Of a stretch of 19,500 nt of DNA, positions 10,163 through 18,963 are shown in pieces. The stretch is taken from the NCBI RefSeq assembly GCF_006345805.1, contig NW_021824241.1, positions 1-19,500 of the forward strand, read 5' to 3'. The notes under the pieces were generated by a model. That model did no database searches. It saw only the letters and a program-made list of their open reading frames with translations, and was not told the DNA's origin. The translations under genes and the position numbers were made by a program. This DNA is from Octopus sinensis. Its lineage: Eukaryota. Positions within the stretch are counted from its first letter, which is position 1. Each line of letters begins with the position of its first letter.

Positions 10163-10287
10163 ATCTTACAGCTGTTTCGGCCATGTAGATAAGTATGTCT
10201 CATTTACTTATATTAGCCTTTTATGGTAGGTCAATATGTAGTTATAAATGAGATATTTACAAAATATCATAAGGCCTCTTCGGAGAT
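10163..10287 (-). ncRNA. Type I hammerhead ribozyme, U4C core, long stem II (HHR2)
   Basis: Minus strand: ATCT-CCGAAGA(10283-10277)-GGCC...GGCC-GAAAC(10178-10174)-AGCT-GTA(10169-10167)-AGAT. 4-bp stem I. Confidence 0.8.
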
Positions 10288-11066
10288 TATGTGATATAAA
10301 TCAGTCTACATATATACCTATATGGGTGTGGGTACATACCCATAATACAACATATACATATACATATGAGTGCATATACTCACACTCCTATACATATAAA
10401 TATATACATATACATAATGATATAAATAATATAAATTAGTAAACATACATATGTTCCACATTCAACGTTACAGTTTTTCAACTTAATATTGTGATAATAA
10501 ACATACACATATTAATACCTAAATGTAGATATACAGTCAATAGTACATTATATTAATTCCTACTAATTTCTAAAGTGTCATTAAAGTTAGCATCATTATC
10601 ATTGTCAATACCATTAATGCTACCAATATCATCATTCATATTTTTATTAATAACGCTAATACTAGAAAAACAATTTATAGATTCCATTATTAGCAATATA
10701 GTCACAATAGTACTACAATACCATGCAAAGGGTTAAATATCCGCATATACATACGAAGTATGAAGTACAAGCATTCTGTTTACACTACATTAGGATCCAT
10801 AGTTGCAGATCCATAGTTCAAATTTGTAATTTTCCTTATGACATAAATACAACATTGGATTTGAATTTAAATTATCATTGTCTTCCTTGCGGTTGGTCTG
10901 TCGAGAGCCGCCAGACCTCCACCACACCGCACAAGAAAAACATACACATACACATCCAGCCCTGAACCCACACATCCACACAAAAACTCGCACACACATG
11001 CACACACACATGAATACATCCCGACACATCCACACATATTCACTAAATTACAAAATATATGTCTGT

Positions 11067-11193
11067 CATCCGAAGAGGCCTTATGATATTTTTGTAAATG
11101 TCTCATTTATAACTACATATTGACCTACCATAAAAGGCTAATATAAGTAAAATGAGACATACTTATCTACATGGCCGAAACAGCTGTAAGATG
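11067..11193 (+). ncRNA. Type I hammerhead ribozyme, U4C core, disrupted stem I (HHR3)
   Basis: CAT-CCGAAGA(11070-11076)-GGCC...GGCC-GAAAC(11177-11181)-AGCT-GTA(11186-11188)-AGATG. Inverted copy of HHR2; the 5' strand of stem I does not pair in register. Confidence 0.75.
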
Positions 11194-11569
11194 TAATCTA
11201 TATTTATATTTATATTTACTTATATTTATATTCTCTTATATATGTTCTACTTATTGTATAACGTTACTCTTTTATGTACACTTTTTATGTACACTTTTTT
11301 ATGTACACTCCTTTATGTACAGTTTTGTTCTACTTTTTTATGTTTAACCCTACAGTTTCTTATGTGGTGGTTTAATAAAGTATGTGATTGGGTATTATCT
11401 GGTAATTGATATTTGATTTAGATGTATTTCTCCATTTTCTTATTTTGCATTATGAATTTGTGGTAAAACATTTTACCTTGTTGGGTACTTCACTAGCAGT
11501 ATATTGGATATATGTTATCCCATGGAGGGTTGCATTTACAACCCCTATCTCAATTTGTATATATATATA

Positions 11570-11572
<3 letters not shown>

Positions 11573-11638
<66 letters not shown>

Positions 11639-11640
11639 AT
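11573..11640. repeat. (TA)n between the HHR3 and HHR4 tails
   Basis: Seen directly; TA run begins at 11558 with a CT interruption at 11571-11572. Confidence 0.95.
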
Positions 11641-11797
11641 ACATTATAGAGAGAAGAATACAGTGTACACATTCAAACACATAAGAGATACCCAGGCAAT
11701 AGGATACCTGACTCACAAGAAAGAGCAGCTAAATTCCAAGCCACTAATTGCTGTAATTCCGAAAGTGATTGAAAAATAAAAAATTTTACCTTATTAT

Positions 11798-11884
11798 CCT
11801 AGACCCTGCAAGGTTTCTGCAGACTTAAATACAGATTGAAATAAAATAATTTCAATCTATATCTAGCGCTGCTTTTTCAGTAGG
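11798..11884 (-). ncRNA. Hammerhead motif, probably inactivated by G8A (HHR4)
   Basis: Minus strand: CCTA-CTGAAAA-AGCAG...CTGCA-GAAAC-CTTGCAGG-GTC-TAGG. The C3-A8 mismatch breaks the 3-8 pair. Confidence 0.65.
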
Positions 11885-11994
11885 TTGCCAGCACTGAACA
11901 CATAGGCACGGAGCGATAAATGATCAGCTACGTTTCTATATGCTCTAACTTTTCGAATCTACCGCGCCAATGTCTATGTGTTCAGTCCTGGCAA

Positions 11995-12081
11995 CCTACT
12001 GAAGAAGCAGCGCCAGATATAGATTGAAATTATTTTATTTCAATCTGTATTTAAGTCTGCAGAAACCTTGCAGGGTCTAGG
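11995..12081 (+). ncRNA. Type I hammerhead ribozyme with long stem II and a 12-nt self-complementary stem III (HHR5)
   Basis: CCTA-CTGAAGA(11999-12005)-A-GCAG...CTGC-A-GAAAC(12062-12066)-CTTGCAGG-GTC(12075-12077)-TAGG. 13-bp internal helix TATAGATTGAAAT/ATTTCAATCTGTA. Confidence 0.72.
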
Positions 12082-12235
12082 ATAGTAAGGTAAACGTTTT
12101 TATTTTTCAATCACTTTTGGAATTACAACAATTAGTGGCTTTGAATTTAGCTGCTCTTTCTTGTGAGTCAGGTATCCTATTGCCTGGTATCTCTTATGTG
12201 TTTGAATGTACACTGTATTCTTCTCTATATAATGT

Positions 12236-12240
12236 ATATA

Positions 12241-12287
<47 letters not shown>
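12236..12287. repeat. (TA)n between the HHR5 and HHR6 tails
   Basis: Seen directly. Confidence 0.97.
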
Positions 12288-12290
<3 letters not shown>

Positions 12291-12960
12291 GATCAAAATA
12301 AAATAAAAACATGATGCGAAGATTCAGCGGTACATATGTTTCGGGCCTTTATTAGACAGATTTATAACAATGCATAATGTATGTCTGTGACCCTTCAGCC
12401 GCGCACCACAGCTTCCACAAGGACATGTGTTACATCAAAAATTCTTGGTTGGGGATGCAAATCCTCTCATTCACGTACGACATAATGCGGCAGCAGCATA
12501 GAGTTGAAGCGTCCATCTCTTTCTTCTCTCAATGTAGAATGAGGAAAATTGGATGTTGAGGTAATGTAAATAAATAAATACATATATAGAGTGAAGATGG
12601 AGGGGCGAGAGTTCGGGACGAGGGATAAAAAATGTATAAAAAGTGTAAGTATAGAATAATATAAAATGTAGAGGATAAAGGGTTGTAAGTAGATGTAAAG
12701 GGGGTATAAAGAAATATAAAGTAAAAATAGAAATAGAATAGAAGTAAAAAAACCTGATAAAAACATGATAAAAGTGTAAAAGAATGTAAAGATAAGGGAT
12801 GTATAGAGGTTATGGACCAAGCATGGTGGTCAGGAGATTGATAAAATTTAGTTGTAGAATTGTCAGTACATCAACAGTTTCGTCTGGGGACTTAATGCGT
12901 TGTAAATCAGAGCTGATGAGCATTTAATCTGGTTCCTTGAATTAAATGGACTTCTAGTAC
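12288..12960 (-). mobile_element. Family C HHR-bearing PLE-like unit (body, HHR6, tail of about 40 nt, (TA)n)
   Basis: Minus-strand T-rich body upstream of HHR6, with the same polarity as the other units. The 5' boundary is approximate. Confidence 0.5.
12327..12402 (-). ncRNA. Degenerate type I hammerhead with a 2-nt core deletion (HHR6)
   Basis: Minus strand: GCGG-CTGAA[--]-GGGTC...GGCCC-GAAAC-ATAT-GTA-CCGC. 4-bp stem I, palindromic ACATATGT stem III, extra ACAGA/TCTGT helix in stem II. Confidence 0.65.
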
Positions 12961-13357
12961 ATACATATCATCATGGATATATACACCCACATACACGCGT
13001 ACATATACGCCTCCAAGCCTGTAAGCATACACACGCACTCGCGTGTAAACACGTACATAAACACACACGCACCCACACGCACGCGCGTACACACACATAC
13101 ATACAACAGAATATCCGCATATATACACGGACATTACGCGCGTACACGCTCACATATATATACGCGCACCCATCACTCCATACACACACGTATATGCCCA
13201 CGCCTGTAGGTCCAGGTATAAGATATTAAAGGATGTGTATAAGAACGTATGTAAAGAATCCCGTACTCATGTCAATACGCGCACGCACACACGGCTGTGT
13301 GTCCGTATGTGCGTGCACATATACACTCATATACACACACAGAGACACACGCGCACA
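12961..13357. repeat. Degenerate (CA)/(TA)/(CG) microsatellite mosaic
   Basis: Seen directly; contains a short unique stretch at about 13205-13275. Confidence 0.8.
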
Positions 13358-13371
13358 TGGGTATAGCTATA

Positions 13372-13782
13372 AGATATATATATATACAAATTGAGATAGG
13401 GGTTGTAAATGCAACCCTCCATGGGATAACATATATCCAATATACTGCTAGTGGAGTACCCAACAAGGATAATACATAAATGTTAAGGATTGCGATGCAA
13501 TCAATTCATTTACTGTATTATATGGGCAAAGGTAAAATGTTTTACCACAAATTCATAATACAAAATAAGAAAATGGAGAAATACATCTAAATCAAATATC
13601 AATTACCAGATAATACTCAATCACATACTTTATTAAACCACCACATAAGAAACTGTAGGGTTAAACATAAAAAAGTAGTGGCTTGGAGTTTAACTGCTCT
13701 TTCTAGTGAGTCAGATATCCTATTTCCTGGGTATCTCTTATGTTTTTGAATGTACACTGTATTCTTCTCTGAATAATGTATA
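13372..13782. mobile_element. Chimeric fragment: family A tail (minus, 13372-13678) fused to family B tail (plus, 13676-13782)
   Basis: 13372-13678 is the reverse complement of 11330-11572 with about 63 extra nt. 13676-13782 matches 12133-12237 at about 90%. The junction has a TAG microhomology. Confidence 0.85.
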
Positions 13783-14140
13783 GTCTATGGACTAAATTTT
13801 TTCCTTGTCGCTAGACCACTGGTAGCTTAGAAATTTTTCGATAAATATTCATGCTACCCTAAGATTTTAATTAATTATATATATATATATATACTATATT
13901 GCATATTTATGGATATATAAGGGATGTGAACGTTTTGAGGCAGTTTGTAATTAAAAGTCGGATTTAACTGCTATTTCTAGAGCACCGAGAGACCGAGCAA
14001 CGACACCTGTTTGCGCCCGTTTCTGTATTATATATTTAGGTGGTTGCCGACATGCGAGGCATTCTTGGCCGCAATACGAGTGGACATTAAGTCATTTAAT
14101 GGTCTCGAAAGCGTGCAGGGGTGACCGCAGTTGGTGGCGC

Positions 14141-14371
14141 ACGTGTGTGTGTGTGTGTGTGCGTGTGTGTGCGTGCGTGTATACGTATGTGTGTGTGTAC
14201 GTGTGTGTGTGTATGTGTGTGTGTGTATGTGTGTGTGTGTGTGTGTGCGCGTGTGCAAACATGATCCGTGGTAGATAGATTCGCTGACTGGCGGATTTAC
14301 ATTTATTTGCAGTAAGTAGAGACACCTCCGTTCACACATACACACACAAACACACACACACACATACATGC

Positions 14372-14404
<33 letters not shown>

Positions 14405-14950
14405 ATATGCTCGAGTTCACACGTTGAGCTTTAAACAAGTTTTGTGTGTGTGTGAACAAAAACAAAAGCATGTGAATATGTCTGAACGCGTGCGTGTATG
14501 TGTATATGTATGTATGTACGTATGCATGTAGACATGTGTGTGTATATGTAGGTGCGTGTGTGTGTGTGTGTATACATATATAGGTGTATGCAGGCGTGGT
14601 GCGAATCTTATGCATGCATGTGTGCACGTGTGTATCGCTACTTGTGTGAACATTACGCATGTCTTATAATTTTGAACGGTCACCGCTGAGTAATAAAGCC
14701 GGCTGCCCCCGTGTCCCAGCACAAACATCAAATGTTTGCACGATTGCGTATATATTCGATGCCGAGATGTGTGTGTGTGTGTGTGTGTGTGTGGGTGTGT
14801 GTGGTTTATGCAATATGTACGAACATTATATATCTTTGTTTATTGTAATTACCGCAATATACATCCATGTGCACACACACACACACACACATATATATAT
14901 ACATAAATGCACGCACATACGCATGTATCTGCACACTCACGTAGAGATAC

Positions 14951-15016
<66 letters not shown>

Positions 15017-15080
15017 GTGTGTGTGTGTGCGTGTGTGTGTGTGTGTGTGTGTGCGTGTATGTATGCGTGTGCGTGTGTGT
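14141..15080. repeat. Long (TG)n/(CA)n/(TA)n mosaic with short unique islands
   Basis: Seen directly; explains the HT/CV/YI dipeptide ORFs. Confidence 0.9.
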
Positions 15081-15140
15081 AAACACTGTTCCCAATAGTC
15101 AGATCCGTTTGTAAACTGAGAACGTTTGCCGTCAACCGAA

Positions 15141-15160
15141 CAACTTCCGGTCGGTTCCGG
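15141..15160. promoter_or_regulatory. Two ETS-like TTCCGG cores 10 bp apart in a GC-richer unique island
   Basis: CAACTTCCGGTCGGTTCCGG; function is inferred only. Confidence 0.25.
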
Positions 15161-15339
15161 CCAAGCCACGCGCCACCGCAAGGTCTTCCCTCCTCTACCC
15201 ATCACCACCAGTTAGACACACCCACCACTGTCTCAGAGCCACCCACTGGTAACTCCCTCCCTTATATTCTTTCCTCCTGCCTTCCCTCTTTATCTAAACA
15301 TTCCATTACCTGCTACTCTCTCACTCTATTTCATACCAT

Positions 15340-15505
15340 CTTTCTCTCTCTCTACCTCCTCTCTCTTTCGTTTTTCTTTCGCTCTCTCTCTCTCTCTTCC
15401 CCTTTCTCACTCATTCTTTTATGTTCTCTCTCACTCATTCTTTTATGTTCTCTCTCTCTCATCCCCTCTCTCACTCATTTTTTTATGTTCTCTCTCTCTC
15501 TCTTC
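15340..15505. repeat. (CT)-rich tract with three copies of TCTCACTCATT(C/T)TTTTATGTTCTC
   Basis: Seen directly. Confidence 0.85.
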
Positions 15506-15663
15506 CGATTCCTCCTCCTTCTGTCATATGTCTCTCAATATATTTTATGAAGCTTGTTTAAATCTATGTGTGCGTGTGTGTGAGTGTGTGTGTGTGTGTG
15601 TGTGTGTTTGTGTGTGTGTGTGCGCGCGCGCGTGTGTGTGTGTGTGTGCGTGTGTGTGTGTGC

Positions 15664-15910
15664 CTTTTATCTTTTGCCTTTTATTCGTATCAATAATAAG
15701 ACTACGGCCATGCTGGGGCACCGCCTTGAAGAATTTTGGTCGAATGAATCGGCCCCAGTACTTTTGAGCCTGGTACGTAAGCTAGTAATGTCTTTTGCAG
15801 AACCGCTAAGTTACGGGTACATAAACAAACGAACACCGGTACTCAAACATTGATGGGACACAGAGAGACTAAGACAACACATACACACACACATACATAG
15901 AGACAGACGG

Positions 15911-15959
<49 letters not shown>

Positions 15960-15969
15960 TAGACGATAG

Positions 15970-16002
<33 letters not shown>

Positions 16003-16040
16003 GATAGATAGATAGATAGAGTAGATAGATGGAGAGATAG

Positions 16041-16112
<72 letters not shown>

Positions 16113-16256
16113 CACGATAGGCTTCTTTTAGTTTCCGTCAACCAAATCCACTCGCAAGGCTTCGATTGGCCCGAGGCTATAAGACACTTGCCCAAGGTGC
16201 CAGGCAGAGGGACTGAACCCGCAATTCTGAGATTGGGAAGTAAACTTCTTTTACTG
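15664..16256 (-). mobile_element. Degenerate OR-type SINE with an expanded internal (GACA)n/(GATA)n
   Basis: GGCCATGCTGGGGCACCGCC...GAACCGCTAAGTTACGGG, microsatellite at about 15900-16112, then GGCTTCTTTTAGTTTCCGTC...CACTTGCCCAAGGTGCC...GGGACTGAACCC. Confidence 0.85.
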
Positions 16257-16264
16257 CTTCCGAC

Positions 16265-16440
16265 ATTGGACTGCGGCCTTCTGAGACTCTATCTAGAAGG
16301 GTTCTGTTGAGCAAATCGCCTTGAGTACTAATTTCTGAGCTGCTACATATTCCATCGGTTCTTTAGGTCGAACCGCTATGTTACGGGGAAGAAAACAAAA
16401 TAACAGCAGTTGTCATTCAGTGAGAAACCAACACTAACGC
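16265..16440 (-). mobile_element. Highly degenerate OR-type SINE 3' fragment
   Basis: GACTGCGGCC...GAGCAAATCG...GAACCGCTATGTTACGGGGA matches the 3' half of 1687-2063. Confidence 0.6.
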
Positions 16441-16820
16441 ATACATACACACACATACACACACACATCAAATATATATGTGCGTGTGTATACACTCACG
16501 TTTTATGTTATTCAATATACATACATGCACGTATATAATAAACATGAAATGAAAGGATAATATTGATATTACTAAACGCGTTTCAATACGTAATTTGTAA
16601 CACATTACATTATACGATTTGGTTATGCATTAACATGAAACATTTTCCAAGATTGGTGTTTAGTGGACATTGCCAGATCTTTAGGCAAAATCCTATATTA
16701 GGGGTTTATAAGGGCAAATTATAGCAGTGGGGTAATGGCAACATACGCTACAATTATCCCAGGAGGTCGATGTTGGAAAGGTGTGACGCACTGATGCAGC
16801 ACCCGAAAGAGTGAAATAAA

Positions 16821-17166
16821 TCTTTTATTCTTTTACTTGTTTCAGTCATTAGACGGCAGCCATGCTGGGGCACGACCGGGAAGAATTTTAGTTAGCTGTA
16901 TCGACCCCCAGTATTCATTATTTTTAAGCCTGGTACTTATTTTATCGATCTCTTTCACCGGACCGTTAAGTTACGGGAATGTAAACAAACCAACACTGGT
17001 CGTCAAGAGGCGGTGTGAGACGAACACACACACACTTACATATATATATGTAAGTGTGTGTGTGTGTATATATATATATATACGACCAACTAAAGTCTTG
17101 TGAATTGATTTGGTGGACGGAAACTGAAAGAAGCTCGTCATATATATATGTGTGTGCATGTGTGTA

Positions 17167-17197
<31 letters not shown>

Positions 17198-17351
17198 TGT
17201 GTGTATGACGAGCTTCTTTCAGTTTCCGTCCACCAAATCCTTTCACAAAGCTTTAAGTTGGTTGTAGAAGACATTTGGCCAAGGTGCCACGCGGTGGGAC
17301 TGAACCCGGGACTATGTGGTTGGGAAGCAAACTTCATACCACACTGCCACG
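16821..17351 (-). mobile_element. Full-length OR-type SINE containing an internal inverted duplication
   Basis: 3' tail TCTTTTACTTGTTTCAGTCATT at about 16829; head GGGACTGAACCCGG...TACCACAC at 17297-17344. 17081-17142 is an inverted copy of 17204-17266. Confidence 0.88.
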
Positions 17352-17369
17352 TCTTCGTTTGTACTTAAG

Positions 17370-18530
17370 GAATTATTTCTATTTCGTTGATTGGACACTA
17401 CAGCTCCACACCAGGAAGTGGTCATCCTCGATTCCATCAATATAAAAGGGGAAAGTGTAAGAACAACCATTGATAGAATCGGTTTAAACTCTGTAACAAG
17501 CTCTGGTGTCTCTTTAAAAAATATAAAACATGAAAAATCCGAAGTAAATCTAATTTGGATGTTTTTCAGAAGCTTTTTTTGCAAATGGTAAACTCAAAAA
17601 AAGTTATTTAAAAATGTATATCTCGCAACCATCAGAGAGAAAAATAAGAACAGATGCTGAAGATTCTGGGCCTGTCTCTCTGACTTAATGAACTCATGGA
17701 AATAATTATCAAGAGAAAATTGATTAAGTTCTTTAGAAGAAACTGTCTTATTAACCCCAACAGTTGAGTTTCAGTTTCGATATGAAGCTTTCCGTATTAC
17801 GATTTGAGTATTTAAACAGCTTCTCAACCATTCAAACACGGATGCGATATATCTCGACTCAGAGAGGCTTTCAACGGGTTGATCACGGAATGGTATGCCA
17901 CAAACTAGATGATATCAACATTTTTGGGAAACTAGGAGAACGGCTTCGGGATTTTTTAAGAGACAGGGTCGAGGTGCTGCAGTGAATAATATTGCTCCCT
18001 CAATGGATAAAATCATTCTGAGTAGAATCTTTCCATCCCAAGGTACTTGTCTTGCGAATATTTCTGTCTAAAGTGGCTCCATCAGACCCACCCTCCACTA
18101 GCTATGTCGATGATATGAAACTATCAGAGGCACCGGTGCTTCAGCCAATACATGAGTGCGATGAAGCAAACAAAGAATTTAACGCCGAATAAATTCCGAG
18201 TTCTTCGTATGAAACACTCTGTAGACACAAGATCTTGAAAGAACTAGCATCAAGAAGAACTATTGCAATTCTGGAACCAGAAAGCACCACTGCACAGAGT
18301 CAATGGCACCAGCATCTCATCAGATGATGCAACAGATTAGATCTTAAAAACGAAACTATTTTCAATAACCTACCAAAAACTTGAGAGTTCTGCGTGGAAC
18401 GGACGAAAACAGATTCCAGTGAGTGAAGGCCAGTGCACAACAACAAACCCAAGAGTAGCACTGATAGACTCCTGCCTATGCCCAAAACCCCAGTAATGAT
18501 AATGGACTGTAATAATAGGAGAAAAAAATA
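17370..18530 (+). pseudogene. Heavily degraded CR1/L2-type LINE reverse transcriptase region
   Basis: Colinear RT motifs across frameshifts: INIKGESVRTTIDRIGLNS; GPVSL..LMEIIIKRKL; DAIYLD..FQRVDHGMVCHKL..IFGKLGERLRDFLRDR; SQGT (18036-18047); YVDDMKL (YVDD at 18103-18114); EFNAE..FRVL; FNNLPKNLR. Confidence 0.85.
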
Positions 18531-18534
18531 ACGT

Positions 18535-18585
18535 TGGTGCTCCAGCATAGCCACGAGCCACGAATTGATAGCAATAAAAGAATAC
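18535..18585 (+). mobile_element. SINE-like 3' tail abutting the end of the LINE remnant
   Basis: GGTGCTCCAGCATAGCCAC...AATAAAAGAATA resembles the SINE 3' end at 19101-19153. Confidence 0.55.
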
Positions 18586-18672
18586 ACACACCCACATACA
18601 CGCACGCACGCACACACACATATATACATATATCTATGTGTGAGTGTGTATATATAAATATAATATATGCAT

Positions 18673-18873
18673 AGGCGCAAGAGTGGCTGTGTGGTAAAGT
18701 ATCTTGTTTGCCAATCACATGGTTCTGGGTTCAGTCCCACTGCGTGGCACCTTGGCCAAGTGTGTTCTGCTCTGATCTCGGGCTGACCAAAGCCTTGTGA
18801 ATGGATTTGGGAGACGGAAACTGAAAGAAGACCGCCGTGTGTGTGTGTGTGTGTTTGTATGTGTGTGTGTGTT

Positions 18874-18963
<90 letters not shown>

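Larger units (their letters stand above)
9919..11572. mobile_element. Family A element: inverted-repeat HHR unit (arms 9919-10284 and 11069-11447, about 97% identical) with a non-coding spacer and an extension to 11572
   Basis: The arms are reverse complements apart from a few substitutions and a copy-number change in a TGTACAC-containing mini-repeat. Each arm carries an HHR. No RT or GIY-YIG ORF is recognisable in the spacer. Confidence 0.75.
11641..12235. mobile_element. Family B element: hairpin of two HHR-bearing arms (11641-11908 and 11971-12235, about 95% identical) with a 62-nt loop, flanked by (TA)n
   Basis: About 13 substitutions or small indels between arms; each arm is HHR plus a tail of about 155 nt ending in TAATGTA(TA)n. 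Confidence 0.8.

Noticed and set aside
10555-10735. Short N/D-rich minus-strand frame (MESINCFSS...DNDNDANFND)
   Set aside because: Only about 44 codons from Met, low complexity and no homology recognised.
9919-12235. Inverted repeats as assembly artefacts
   Set aside because: Arms differ by 3-5% with indels and have distinct flanks, unlike chimeric-read palindromes. This argument does not cover the perfect 8535-8847 palindrome.
12913-12955. CTGATGA followed by a GCATTTAAT/ATTAAATG hairpin
   Set aside because: No GAAA after the hairpin and no stem III or cleavage triplet.
12907-12960. Minus-strand peptide LEVHLIQGTRLN, loosely like a GIY-YIG endonuclease C-terminus
   Set aside because: Too short, with no GIY/YIG motifs and microsatellite upstream; cannot be supported without a profile search.
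18673-18745. tRNA gene
   Set aside because: The A and B boxes belong to a SINE head that continues into CORE-like sequence; no complete cloverleaf.
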